Part shown: piece after piece, positions 34,308 to 44,376 of the stretch
Position numbering within the stretch: the first letter of the stretch is position 1
Layout: the number at the start of each line of letters is the position of its first letter
Origin: an uncultured Actinomycetes bacterium
Lineage (GTDB): Bacteria > Actinomycetota > Thermoleophilia > UBA2241
Assembly: GCA_963725665.1 (NCBI GenBank)
Contig: CAVRZA010000008.1
Span: 96,001-160,000 of the forward strand
Length of the DNA stretch: 64,000 nucleotides
Reading direction: 5' to 3'
Notes under the pieces: model-generated
Database searches by the model: none
Told to the model about the DNA's origin: nothing
The model's input: only the letters and a program-made list of their open reading frames with translations
Translations under genes and position numbers: made by a program

Positions 34308-35435
34308 GTGACTGAAGTCAGCGACAGCGACAGACGGCATCTGGAGCGAGCCCTCGAGCTCGCCGAGCTGGGTCGTGGGCGGACGCATCCGAACCCCCTC
34401 GTGGGAGCGGTCTTGGTGTCCGGCGCAGACGTGGTCGGCGAGGGATTCCACGAGAGGCTCGGCGGCGACCACGCCGAGGTCGTCGCCTTGCATGCAGCGG
34501 GGGAGCGCGCCCGTGGAGCCACCCTGTACTGCACGCTGGAGCCGTGCTGTCACCAGGGGCGCACGGGACCGTGCACGGAGGCGATCATCGCCGCCGGAGT
34601 CGCGCGGGTGGTCGTCGGGCTGCAGGACCCCAATCCGCTGGTCAACGGAGGCGGAATCGGGCGGCTGCGCGCAGCGGGCCTCGAGGTGGATCTCGTCGAC
34701 GGCGACGTGCGCCGCCGCGCCGAGCAGCAGAACGAGGCGTTCCTACACTTCGTGGACACCGGTCTGCCGCTGCTCACCTACAAAGCTGCCGTCTCCCTCG
34801 ACGGCAAGGTGGCCGCCGCCGACGGCGGTGCGCGCTGGATCTCGTCGGCCGAGAGTCGCCGGCTCGTGCACGAGCTGCGAGCGCGCGCCGACGCGGTCCT
34901 CGTCGGGGCCGGCACGGTGCGCCGCGATGACCCCTCGCTGACGGTGCGCGACGCCGAGGGCAGGGACCCTGTGCGCGTCGTTCTGGCGCGGCACGGGGAT
35001 GTGCCCCTCGATGCGACGCTCGTCAGGACGGCGCGCCAGACACCGACACTGGTCGTCGCCGAGACGATCGACGACGACCGCGAGGCCGCGCTGCGCGAGC
35101 GCGGCATCGAGGTCGTCGTGACCGGCGCAGCCGGTCTGCGCGCCGCGCTGGCCGCGCTCGCGCAGCGCGGCCTCCTCGATGTGCTCTGCGAGGGTGGGCC
35201 TACGATGGCCGCGGCCCTTCTCCGCGAGGGGCTGGTGGAGCACTTGCTGCTCTTCGTCGCGCCGCTGCTCGTCGGTCACGGCGCGCCCGAGCTGCTCGCG
35301 CTGCCGGCCGCGGCCACGATGGAGATGGTCCTCCGACTCGACGAAGTGTCGTGGGAGCAAGTCGGCGGTGACATCCTCGTACGCGCTCGCGTGCCGCATC
35401 GTGCGGGCGAAGCGATGTTGGGGGGAGGCCGCTGA
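34308..35435 (+). CDS. ribD: Riboflavin biosynthesis deaminase/reductase
   Basis: PNPLVGAV, HAE, TLEPCCH, SLDGK, EGG. Confidence 0.95.
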   Translation: MTEVSDSDRRHLERALELAELGRGRTHPNPLVGAVLVSGADVVGEGFHERLGGDHAEVVALHAAGERARGATLYCTLEPCCHQGRTGPCTEAIIAAGVARVVVGLQDPNPLVNGGGIGRLRAAGLEVDLVDGDVRRRAEQQNEAFLHFVDTGLPLLTYKAAVSLDGKVAAADGGARWISSAESRRLVHELRARADAVLVGAGTVRRDDPSLTVRDAEGRDPVRVVLARHGDVPLDATLVRTARQTPTLVVAETIDDDREAALRERGIEVVVTGAAGLRAALAALAQRGLLDVLCEGGPTMAAALLREGLVEHLLLFVAPLLVGHGAPELLALPAAATMEMVLRLDEVSWEQVGGDILVRARVPHRAGEAMLGGGR

Positions 35436-36076
35436 TGTTCACAGGCATCGTCGAAGAGGTTGGCACCGTCGTCGAGACGCGCGTGGGCGAGCAGAGCGCG
35501 CTGCTGACGGTGCGCGCTGTGACCGTGCTCGAAGGCGCCTCCGTCGGGGATTCGATCCTCAGTGACGGGGTCTGCCTGACGGTCGCCGCCCTCGGCGGCG
35601 ACCGCTTCACGGCCGACGTCATGCCCGAGACCTTCAAGCGCACCACACTGGCCGAAAAGGCGATCGGTGCGCCAGTGAACCTCGAACGTGCGCTCACCCT
35701 GCGCTCGCGCCTCGGCGGGCATCTCGTCACGGGGCACATCGACGGCGTCGGCGTCGTCACGCGCGTCGAGAAGCGTGACAACGCTCTGGTCGTGCGTCTT
35801 GCCGCTCCGCGCGCGGTGGCGACGCTCTGCGTCGACCAGGGGTCGCTCGCCGTCGACGGCGTGAGCCTCACCGTCGTCTCGGCCGGCGAGGGCGAGCTCG
35901 AGGTGTCGCTGATCCCGCACACGGCAGCGCTCACCACCCTGGGCGCGCTGCGCCCGGGCTCGCGGGTGAATCTCGAGGCCGACCTGATCGCAAAGTACGT
36001 GGCGGCGTTCCTCGGCCGTGCCAAGCCGGGCGAGGGACTGACCTGGGAGAAGCTGGCGGAAGCGGGGTTCGTATGA
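35435..36076 (+). CDS. ribE: Riboflavin synthase alpha chain
   Basis: MFTGIVEE start, [20 protein letters not shown]. Confidence 0.95.
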   Translation: MFTGIVEEVGTVVETRVGEQSALLTVRAVTVLEGASVGDSILSDGVCLTVAALGGDRFTADVMPETFKRTTLAEKAIGAPVNLERALTLRSRLGGHLVTGHIDGVGVVTRVEKRDNALVVRLAAPRAVATLCVDQGSLAVDGVSLTVVSAGEGELEVSLIPHTAALTTLGALRPGSRVNLEADLIAKYVAAFLGRAKPGEGLTWEKLAEAGFV

Positions 36077-37483
36077 GTGGCGACGGAGACAAGCAGGCGC
36101 GTGCGGGCCGGGCCGGCGGCGCCGAACGTACCCTCAGCGAAGCTGGCGGTGCCGACCGCCGACCCGCGCGCGCCCTCGACATCGTGTGCGACACTGAGCA
36201 CTCCGGCGATCCGCGTGGGGTGATGGCGGTCGAGGCCTGCGCCAAGGAGCCGCCGTTCGCGACCATCGAGGAGGCGCTCGCGGAGATCCGCGCCGGCAGG
36301 CTGGTGGTCGTCTGCGACGACGAGGACCGCGAGAACGAGGGCGACCTCACGATGGCGGCCGAGTCCGCGACCAAGGAGACCATCAATTTCATGGCGAAGC
36401 ACGGCCGCGGCCTCGTGTGTCTCTGCCTCACACCGGAGCGCTGCGACGAGCTGCTCCTGCCGCCGATGGTGAGCCAGAACCGGGCTCGCCTGCAGACGGC
36501 GTTCACCGTGTCGATCGAGGCGCGCGAGGGCGTGACGACGGGCATCTCCGCCGCCGACCGCGCACGCACCATCCAGGTCGCCATCGACCCGGAAAGAGGG
36601 CCCGAAGACCTCGTCCAGCCCGGTCACGTCTTCCCGCTGCGCGCCAAGCCCGGCGGCGTGCTCGAGCGCACCGGCCAGACCGAGGCCGGCGTTGACTTGG
36701 CCCGTCTTGCCGGCCTCACACCGGCGGCCGTTATCTGCGAGATCATGAACGACGACGGCACCATGGCGCGTGTGCCTGACCTGATCCCCTACTGTCTCGA
36801 ACACGGCCTCAAGCTCATCACGGTCGCCGACCTCATCGAGTACCGGCGACGCACCGAGAAGCTGATCGAGCGCGTGGCCGAAGCGACGCTACCCACCAAG
36901 TACGGGACCTTCCGCGGCGATCGGCTACGAATCGACGATCGATGGCGCCCATCACCTGGCGCTTGTGAAGGGCGACGTCGCCGGCAAGCAGGAGGTGCTC
37001 GTGCGCGTGCATTCCGAGTGCCTGACGGGAGACGCCCTCGGTTCCCTACGCTGCGACTGCGGCGACCAGCTCGCGGCGGCGATGCGGCGCGTCGAGGCCG
37101 AGGGGCTCGGCGTGGTCCTCTACATGCACCAGGAGGGGCGCGGCATCGGCCTTCTCAACAAGCTCAAGGCCTACGCCCTGCAGGAGCAAGGACGCGACAC
37201 GGTCGAGGCCAATCTCGAGCTCGGCTTTCCGGCAGACCTGCGCGACTACGGCATCGGGGCGCAGATCCTCGTCGATCTGGGCCTGACCACGATTCGCACG
37301 ATGACCAACAATCCGCGCAAGATCATCGGTCTCGAGGGCTACGGCCTGCGCGTGACCGAGCGCGTGGCCATCGAGATCGCCCCCAAAAAGGAGAACCGGC
37401 GCTACTTGCGCGCCAAGCGGGAGAAGCTGGGGCATCTGCTGGCCCAGGACGGGCTGGTGGTCGAAGAGGGCGAGGAAGGGTAG
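36073..37483 (+). CDS. ribBA: Bifunctional DHBP synthase / GTP cyclohydrolase II (apparent frameshift near 36917; start may be 36222)
   Basis: [17 protein letters not shown]; then [22 protein letters not shown] in the next frame; removing one G gives [21 protein letters not shown]. Confidence 0.9.
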
Positions 37484-37554
37484 GGGGACGAGGCGAGGAG
37501 CAGTACCGGCGGCGCTCACGAGCGTGCCGGTGAGAACGAAAGGAGCAGCACGAG

Positions 37555-38034
37555 ATGACGACCTTCGAAGGCAAGCTCAGCGGCAAAGGACTCAAGTTCG
37601 GCATCGTGGTGGGGCGCTTCAACGAGTTCATCTCGACGCGGCTCCTCGACGGCGCCCTCGACAACCTCAAGCGGCACGACGTCGACGAAGACGACATAGA
37701 GGTGGCCTGGGTGCCGGGTGCCTTCGAGCTGCCGCTGGTCGCCCAGCGGATGGCCGCCAGCCGGCGCTACCATGCCCTGATCTGTCTCGGCGCCGTGATC
37801 CGCGGCGGGACACCGCACTTCGACTACGTCGCCGCCGAGACGGCCAAGGGCATCGCCAAAGTGAGCCTCGACAGCGGCGTGCCGGTGGTCTTCGGCGTGC
37901 TTACGACGGACACAATCGAGCAGGCCGTCGAGCGCGCCGGCACGAAGGCCGGCAACAAGGGCTGGGAGGCCGCCATGAGCGCCATCGAGATGGCCAACCT
38001 GCTGCAGACGCTGCCGGCTCCTCCCGACGCGTGA
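37555..38034 (+). CDS. ribH: 6,7-dimethyl-8-ribityllumazine synthase
   Basis: [31 protein letters not shown]. Confidence 0.96.
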   Translation: MTTFEGKLSGKGLKFGIVVGRFNEFISTRLLDGALDNLKRHDVDEDDIEVAWVPGAFELPLVAQRMAASRRYHALICLGAVIRGGTPHFDYVAAETAKGIAKVSLDSGVPVVFGVLTTDTIEQAVERAGTKAGNKGWEAAMSAIEMANLLQTLPAPPDA

Positions 38035-38513
38035 TGGAGGTCGGCCGGGTCAGGGGGCTGCCCAAGCGACCCTCCCTGGCGACCGCGCTCGTCGTCATCT
38101 TGATCTTCCTGGGCGTTAGCGGCCTCGCCGGCGGGATCGCCTTCATCGCCGCACCCGACGGGAGCATCATCCACGCTCCCAAGAGCTGGCTCGAGGACAT
38201 ACCGTTCTCGAGTTTCCTCATCCCCGGACTGCTTCTCTTCTTCGTTGTCGGCGTATTGCCGCTGCTCGTGTCGGTGGTCCTCCTCCGGCGTCCGGCCTGG
38301 CCAGGCTTGCAGCGTATCGCACCCTTCAAGGGCCAATACTGGGGCTGGACGGCGAGCGGCCTGGCCGGGTTCGGCATCATCATCTTCGAGATCGTCGAGT
38401 CGGCGTTCATCGGCCTGAGCTGGCCGCAGATGCTCTACGGCGGGATCGGTGCAGCCATCGTCCTGCTGGCGCTGGGCAAGCCCGTGCGCGAGTACTACAG
38501 GGTGCGGCGCTAG
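38034..38513 (+). CDS. Hypothetical membrane protein (about 4 TM)
   Basis: ATG overlaps the ribH stop; hydrophobic segments; APDGS..WL..PF..FLIPGL.LF pattern. Confidence 0.7.
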   Translation: MEVGRVRGLPKRPSLATALVVILIFLGVSGLAGGIAFIAAPDGSIIHAPKSWLEDIPFSSFLIPGLLLFFVVGVLPLLVSVVLLRRPAWPGLQRIAPFKGQYWGWTASGLAGFGIIIFEIVESAFIGLSWPQMLYGGIGAAIVLLALGKPVREYYRVRR

Positions 38514-38560
38514 GCAAAAGGGCCCGCGTGCGGTGCACCGCTCGCGGACGGCGGGAACGG

Positions 38561-38610
38561 CGAGGCGGGGGCGGCGACGGCTCCTTGGAGCCGTCGCCGC
38601 CCCCGCCTCG
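38561..38610. terminator. Perfect 24-bp inverted repeat between convergent genes
   Basis: CGAGGCGGGGGCGGCGACGGCTCC-TT-GGAGCCGTCGCCGCCCCCGCCTCG. Confidence 0.65.
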
Positions 38611-38619
38611 CTCGAGACG

Positions 38620-38811
38620 CTAGACGGCTTTGCGGACCTTACCGGCGCGCAGACAGCGGGCGCAGACGTAGGCCGACTGCGGCCTGCCGTCGAGGATGAT
38701 GCGCACGCGCTGCAGGTTGGGGTCGAAGCGGCGCTTGGTAGCCACGTTGGAATGGCTGCGGTTGTTGCCCATCGCGGGCGCCTTGCCGCAGCTCACGCAG
38801 ACTCGGGACAT
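38620..38811 (-). CDS. rpmB: 50S ribosomal protein L28 (two CxxC, zinc-binding type)
   Basis: [33 protein letters not shown]; divergent from asp23-fakA. Confidence 0.95.
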   Translation of the reverse strand: MSRVCVSCGKAPAMGNNRSHSNVATKRRFDPNLQRVRIILDGRPQSAYVCARCLRAGKVRKAV

Positions 38812-38880
38812 GCTCTTCCTCGGCTTGCTTGGATAACGGCCCGTAAGTATGCTACACGCTGCCGCGAGACGCAAATATGG

Positions 38881-39023
38881 CCGCTAGCGGGCATAAACTG
38901 CGTCCTCACTAGCGGGCACAAACTACGTTACCGCTAGCGGGCACAGACTACGTTACCGCTAGCGGGCATAAACTACGGTACCGCCAGCGGGCATAAACTA
39001 CGTTAGCGCTAGTGGGCACAAAC
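38881..39023. repeat. Non-coding tandem array of about 5.7 x 25 bp (consensus CCGCTAGCGGGCAYAAACTACGTTA)
   Basis: Units start at 38881, 38906, 38931, 38956, 38981 and 39006 (partial); no spacers. Confidence 0.95.
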
Positions 39024-39073
39024 GGTGTGACGGCGTGTCTGTGAGTGGACTCTGGGGGGGTGCAGGTGCATTC

Positions 39074-39280
39074 ATGGTGACCTTTGCGAAAGACATGTCT
39101 ATCCTCGAGGCCCTCGAAGCGCACCCCCGATCGCGCCGGGTCTTTGAGTACCACGGCATGGCCTGCTGTCTCTGCATCGGCGCCAACCTCGAGACCATCG
39201 AGGCAGGGGCCATCATGCATGATGTCGATCCCGACCTCATCGTCGACGAGCTGAACCGCCTCGGCGACGCGGAGAGCTGA
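39074..39280 (+). CDS. DUF1858-like small redox-disulfide domain protein
   Basis: KDMSI.E.L..HP....VF..HGMACCLC....ETIE.GA..H.VD. Confidence 0.8.
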   Translation: MVTFAKDMSILEALEAHPRSRRVFEYHGMACCLCIGANLETIEAGAIMHDVDPDLIVDELNRLGDAES

Positions 39281-39305
39281 ACGGGAGCCGGGGCGGCAGT
39301 CGCTC

Positions 39306-39671
39306 ATGGCCGAATCCGAGATAAAGCTGGCCGGCTCGCGCGCTGACGTGGGCGGCGACATCGCGGTCGCCGACCTGGTTATCGCCAAGCTCGCCGGTCG
39401 AGCGGCACAGCTCACTTACGGCGTCCTGGGCATGCGCGAGTCGCCTCTTGCCGGTATCGCGCGCCTGTTCAAGGGACCCTTCACCAAGGGCGTCGCTGTC
39501 GATCTTCACGAAGGTTGCGCCGATGTCACGTTGCACGTGGTGATGGAACGCGGTATCAACCTGGCCCAAGTGACCGAGAACTTGCGCGAGCAGGTGCGTT
39601 TCGAGGTCGAGAGTCAGAGCGGCGTCAAGCTGGGGCAGGTCAACGTGCGCGTCGAGGACGTGCGCGAGTGA
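39306..39671 (+). CDS. Asp23/Gls24 family protein (YloU-like)
   Basis: G.I.VAD.VIAKLAG.AA...YGV.GM, V.V.VEDV; precedes the DAK2 gene. Confidence 0.88.
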   Translation: MAESEIKLAGSRADVGGDIAVADLVIAKLAGRAAQLTYGVLGMRESPLAGIARLFKGPFTKGVAVDLHEGCADVTLHVVMERGINLAQVTENLREQVRFEVESQSGVKLGQVNVRVEDVRE

Positions 39672-41302
39672 CGGCGCGCGAACAGGCCATCCTGCTCGTG
39701 CGCGGGGCCCTCGACGCTATCGAAGCCGAGCGTCAGTTCGTCAACGATCTGAACGTCTATCCGGTGCCCGACGGTGACACCGGGACGAACCTGGCCCTCA
39801 CCGTGCGCGCCGTGCTCGAGGAGCTCGAGCGCGCCCACGGCGACGGCATCCACGACGTCGCCCTGGCGGTGACGAAAGGCTCGCTCATGGGCGCTCGGGG
39901 CAACTCGGGCGTGATCCTCTCGCAGATCGTGCGCGGCGTGTGCGAGGTCTTCTCGTCGTCGGGTCGTCTCGACACCGCTTACGCCAAGCGGGCCCTTCAA
40001 GAGGGCACGGTCGCCGCCTACCGCGCCGTGCGCCAACCCGTCGAGGGGACCATGCTCACCGTCGTACGCGAGATGGCCACGGCCGGCCAGGACCTGCCCG
40101 ACGGTGCGCCACTGGCGGCACTCGTCGCACAGGTGGCCGAGGCCGGTCGCCTGGCCGTCGAGCGCACACCGCAGCAGCTCGCCGTGTTGCGCAAGGCGGG
40201 CGTGGTCGATGCGGGAGGCTACGGTCTTCTGGTGCTCTTCCGCGGGCTGCTCGCCGGAGCCACCGGGGAGCCGGCGGGAGAGGCCGGCGAGATCGCCGCG
40301 CGGGCCGCCGCGGGCATCGCCGTGGTCGACACGCGCGACGTGCGCGTCGAAGAGCCCAGCGAGCTCTCGCGCTACCGCTACTGCACGAGCTTCGTCATCA
40401 CGGGCGATGGCCTCGGGCACGACGACGTCGAGGAGTTCGTGGCCGCTCGCGGCGACAGCGCGCTCGTCGTCGGCGACCCTTCGACGCTCAAGATCCATGT
40501 GCACACCGACGACCCCGGCGAGCTCTTGAGCTACGCGGCCAAGCTGGGTGCGATCGGAGGCGTCGAGATCAACGATATGCACGCGCAGACCTTCGCCCGC
40601 GACGAACGTCTCGGCGGCGGCGCGCACGACGAGGAGGAGGCGCCGGCGACTTCCGTTGCCGCCGTCGTCGCCGGCGCCGGCAACCAGGAGCTCTTCCGCT
40701 CGCTCGGCTGCACGGCCGTGGTCGACGGTGGGCAGTCGATGAACCCCAGCGCGGCGCAGCTCGTCGAGGCCGTCTCCGGGCTGCGCGCTCGCGAGGTTGT
40801 CGTGCTGCCGAACAACTCGAACGTGGTGCTCACGGCCGAGCAGGCGGCGACCATGGCGGGAGACCGGCCGGTCTTCGTCGTGCCGGCGAAGTCGATCCCG
40901 GCCGGTCTGGCGGCCATGGTCGCCTTCGACCCCGAGCGTAGCGGCGCCGAGAACGACGCCGCCATGCGCGAGGCCATCGAGCGCGTGCACAGCGCCGAGG
41001 TCACGCACGCCGTGCGCGACTCCGAGGTCGACGGCCTGCACGTGCGCAAAGGCCAGGTCATCGGCCTCGTCGACGACGGCCTCGTGGCCGCCGGCGACGA
41101 CCTTGTGGAGGTCTTTCGCGAGGTCATGCGCCGGCTCGTCAAGACGGATGTCGAGTTGGTCACGGTGTTGACGTCCCTGAACGGCTGGCGTGTGACGCAC
41201 GAGGAGTTGAGCGCCGCTGTCGCCGAGGTCTGCCCCGCCTGCGAGGTGAGCCTGCACGACGGCGGCCAGCCGCTGTATCCTCTCCTCGTGAGCGCCGAAT
41301 GA
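39668..41302 (+). CDS. fakA: DAK2-domain fatty acid kinase subunit A
   Basis: LNVYPVPDGDTGTN, GARGNSGVILSQ, VVDAGG, GGQSMNPS, GGQPLY. Confidence 0.92.
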   Translation: MTAREQAILLVRGALDAIEAERQFVNDLNVYPVPDGDTGTNLALTVRAVLEELERAHGDGIHDVALAVTKGSLMGARGNSGVILSQIVRGVCEVFSSSGRLDTAYAKRALQEGTVAAYRAVRQPVEGTMLTVVREMATAGQDLPDGAPLAALVAQVAEAGRLAVERTPQQLAVLRKAGVVDAGGYGLLVLFRGLLAGATGEPAGEAGEIAARAAAGIAVVDTRDVRVEEPSELSRYRYCTSFVITGDGLGHDDVEEFVAARGDSALVVGDPSTLKIHVHTDDPGELLSYAAKLGAIGGVEINDMHAQTFARDERLGGGAHDEEEAPATSVAAVVAGAGNQELFRSLGCTAVVDGGQSMNPSAAQLVEAVSGLRAREVVVLPNNSNVVLTAEQAATMAGDRPVFVVPAKSIPAGLAAMVAFDPERSGAENDAAMREAIERVHSAEVTHAVRDSEVDGLHVRKGQVIGLVDDGLVAAGDDLVEVFREVMRRLVKTDVELVTVLTSLNGWRVTHEELSAAVAEVCPACEVSLHDGGQPLYPLLVSAE

Positions 41303-41341
41303 TCGGCCTCGATGAGGGCGCCGGCCATCGGCGGAGGTGAC

Positions 41342-42202
41342 GTGAGCGACCTCCTCACACGCGAGAACACCGCCATCGTGACCGACTCGACGGCCGACCC
41401 ACCCGCCGACTGGTTCGGCCGCGACGACCTGCGCATCGTCCCCCTCAAGGTCCATTTCGGTGACGAGACCTACCGCGACGGCTACGACCTCACGCCGGAG
41501 CAGTTCTTCGCCAAGCTGGCGACGTCGTCGGTCCTGCCGACGACGTCACAGCCCTCGGTGAGCGAGTTCGAGACCGTCTACCGCGAGCTGCGCGAGCGCT
41601 ACGAGCATGTCGTCTCCGTGCACATCACCCACTTCATGAGCGGCACCTTCGAGGCGGCGCGAGCCGCGGCCGAGCGCGTGCCGGGGGTCGAGGTCTTCGA
41701 CTCGGGTAACGTCACGACGACGATCTCACTCGAGGTGGTGCGCCTGTGGGCGCGGCTAGACCGCGGGGTGCCGATCGACGAGCTGCGCGACTACTGCCAT
41801 CACTTCGAGAGCGACAGCCGGCTGCTGATCCACGCGGCGACGCTCGAGTATCTGCGCCGCGGCGGGCGCATCGACCGCGCCCAGTCGATGATCGGCGACG
41901 TCTTCGGTATCAGGCCGCTGGTCGAGACCTACCAGGGGCACCTGAACGCTTACGCCAAGGTGCGCGGCGAGAGACGCACGCTGGAGGCCATGGTCGGCTA
42001 CCTCGAGAAGTACTCGCGACCCGACGACGAGCTGCACCTCTCGCTGACGCATGCCGCCAACCCGGAACCGATGAAGGCCCTCGGCCAGGCGCTGCTGGCG
42101 GCGCGTCCTAAGGCTGTGATCGACGTCGTGGGCGCCGTCGCCGCCGTCGTCGGCACCCACATTGGCCCCGGCGCCGTCGCCTTCAGTATGATTGTGGAGT
42201 GA
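41342..42202 (+). CDS. DegV family fatty-acid-binding protein (FakB-like)
   Basis: IVTDSTAD, PTTSQPS, SGT, LEYLRRGGRI, GTHIGPG. Confidence 0.93.
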   Translation: MSDLLTRENTAIVTDSTADPPADWFGRDDLRIVPLKVHFGDETYRDGYDLTPEQFFAKLATSSVLPTTSQPSVSEFETVYRELRERYEHVVSVHITHFMSGTFEAARAAAERVPGVEVFDSGNVTTTISLEVVRLWARLDRGVPIDELRDYCHHFESDSRLLIHAATLEYLRRGGRIDRAQSMIGDVFGIRPLVETYQGHLNAYAKVRGERRTLEAMVGYLEKYSRPDDELHLSLTHAANPEPMKALGQALLAARPKAVIDVVGAVAAVVGTHIGPGAVAFSMIVE

Positions 42203-44358
42203 CTGAGGCGCCAACGCCGCTCGCCTTCGCCGGCGGTCACTACGCTTCACGGCCGCCGCGCCCGCACCGCTTCTTCGACCCCGCTCTTCTGCGCGCACCG
42301 CTGTCGGCGCTGCCCGGGGTCGGCACCGTCCTCACGCGCCGTCTGGCCGGCCTCGGGCTCGTCACCGTCGGCGACCTGATCGAGCACTACCCGCGTCGCT
42401 ATGAGGACTTCACGCAGCGCAAGCGGATCGCTGATATCAAGCTTGGAGAGGAGGCCACGGTGCGTGGCGTGGTCGAGCGGGTGCGCGCCGAGCGCACGGC
42501 GCGGCGTAATGTCCGCCTGACCAGGGTGACGCTGCGCGACGAGTCGGGTGTGCTCGAGGCGGTATGGTTCAACCAGCCCTACCTGGTCGACGTGTTCGCC
42601 GAGGGCATGCAGATCAGCCTGCGCGGCACCTATAAGCCCCAGGGGCGTCGCCCCACCTACGTCGTCAAGGCGCACGAGATCCTCGCCGAGAAGGGGGAGA
42701 CCGTGCACACGGAGGGCATCGTGCCGGTCTACCCGGCGAGCGAGGAGGTCTCGGCACGCTTTCTGCGCACGCTGGTGCACCTCGTGACGCCCGTCATGCG
42801 AGTGCTGCCCGACCCTTTGCCGGCGGAGCTGTGCGCACGGGAGCGTCTGCCGTCGCGGGCGGCCGCCGTCGTGGCAGTGCACGCGCCCAAGTCACTGGGC
42901 GAGGCGCGGGCCGCGCGAGAGCGCCTCGTGCTCGAGGAACTGCTGCTCATGCAGCTCGGGCTGCTCCTGCACAAGCGCCACGAGGAGGCGTCGGCGCTCG
43001 CTCTCGCGCTGCCCGCGCCCGCCGGACTCGCCCGCGGGTTCCTGGCCGACCTGCCCTTCACGCTCACGCACTACCAGGAGCACGCCATCACCGAGATCGA
43101 GGGCGACCTTACGCGGACGGTGCCGATGCGTCGTCTACTGCAAGGCGACGTCGGCTCGGGCAAGACGGTAGTGGCTCTCTACGCGCTCTTGCGCGCCGTC
43201 GAAGGTCGCGCACAGGGGGCCTTCATGGCGCCTACCGAGACATTGGCCGAGCAGCACTTCGAGACGATCAACGCGCTCGGCGGCGGCCGGGCGCGAGTCG
43301 AGCTTCTCACCTCGCGCCTGACCGCCGCCGAGCGCCGCGACACCCTCGCCCGCATTGGCGCCGGCGGGACCGAGGTGGTCGTGGGCACGCACGCCCTCAT
43401 CCAGGGCGACGTACGCTTCGCCAACCTGGCCGTCGTCGTCGTCGACGAGCAGCACCGCTTCGGCGTCGCCCAGCGCGACGAGCTGGCGGCCCGGGCGACA
43501 GACGACGGCCGCAGCCCGCACCTCCTCTACATGACGGCGACGCCGATCCCACGCACCCTGGCACTCACCTTCTACGGCGACCTCGACGTGACCACCATCG
43601 AGGGCTCGCCGGCCGGACGCACGCCGGTCGTCACGCGCCTCGTCGGCGAGGAGAAGCGCCCGCAAGGCTACGAGTTCATGCGCAAACAGCTCGACAAGGG
43701 TCGTCAGGCCTACGTCGTCTGTCCCAACATCGAGGAGTCGGAGGCGCTGCAGACTGCCGCCGCGCTCGAGGAGGCCGAGCGCCTACGCCGGGGGGAGTTC
43801 CGCGACTACCGCGTCGAGGTCATCCACGGTCAGCTCAAGACGGCCGCACGCGAGCGCGTCATGGCCGCCTTCAAGGCGGGCGAGATCGACGTGCTGGTGG
43901 CCACGACCGTGATCGAGGTCGGCATCGATGTGCCCAACGCCACCGTCATGATGATCGAGAGCGCCGAGCGCTTCGGTCTCGCGCAATTGCACCAGTTGCG
44001 CGGCCGCGTGGGGAGGGGGACGCAGAAGTCGTACTGCCTGCTTTTCGCCGAGACGACGACGCGCAACGCCGACGCCCGGCTCAAAGCCATGCTCGAGACC
44101 AACGACGGCTTCGTCCTCGCCGACAAGGACCTCGAGATACGCGGCGAGGGCCAGCTCTTCGGCACGCGCCAGTCGGGTCTGCCCGATCTCAAGGTCGCCA
44201 AGTTGACGCGCGATCGCGAGACGGTGGTCCGGGCCCGCCGACTGGCGCGTGCCGTCCTCGACGCCGACCCGGAGCTGGAGCATCCGCGAAACGGTCCCCT
44301 GAGCGATGCCTTGCACGAGGCCTTCGGTGGCGATGTCGCTTGGCTGCTCAAGGCCTGA
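42199..44358 (+). CDS. recG: ATP-dependent DNA helicase RecG
   Basis: QGDVGSGKT, DEQHRFG, TATPIPRT, QLHQLRGRVGR, DLEIRG.G. Confidence 0.97.
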   Translation: MTEAPTPLAFAGGHYASRPPRPHRFFDPALLRAPLSALPGVGTVLTRRLAGLGLVTVGDLIEHYPRRYEDFTQRKRIADIKLGEEATVRGVVERVRAERTARRNVRLTRVTLRDESGVLEAVWFNQPYLVDVFAEGMQISLRGTYKPQGRRPTYVVKAHEILAEKGETVHTEGIVPVYPASEEVSARFLRTLVHLVTPVMRVLPDPLPAELCARERLPSRAAAVVAVHAPKSLGEARAARERLVLEELLLMQLGLLLHKRHEEASALALALPAPAGLARGFLADLPFTLTHYQEHAITEIEGDLTRTVPMRRLLQGDVGSGKTVVALYALLRAVEGRAQGAFMAPTETLAEQHFETINALGGGRARVELLTSRLTAAERRDTLARIGAGGTEVVVGTHALIQGDVRFANLAVVVVDEQHRFGVAQRDELAARATDDGRSPHLLYMTATPIPRTLALTFYGDLDVTTIEGSPAGRTPVVTRLVGEEKRPQGYEFMRKQLDKGRQAYVVCPNIEESEALQTAAALEEAERLRRGEFRDYRVEVIHGQLKTAARERVMAAFKAGEIDVLVATTVIEVGIDVPNATVMMIESAERFGLAQLHQLRGRVGRGTQKSYCLLFAETTTRNADARLKAMLETNDGFVLADKDLEIRGEGQLFGTRQSGLPDLKVAKLTRDRETVVRARRLARAVLDADPELEHPRNGPLSDALHEAFGGDVAWLLKA

Positions 44359-44376
44359 GAGCGGCAGCTGCTCCCC

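Noticed and set aside
36073-37533. Separate ribB and ribA genes or programmed frameshifting
   Set aside because: Removing one base restores a normal RibBA linker, no slippery site is evident, and similar indels occur throughout the window.
38881-39023. CRISPR array
   Set aside because: Units are contiguous with no unique spacers, and there are no cas genes in the window.
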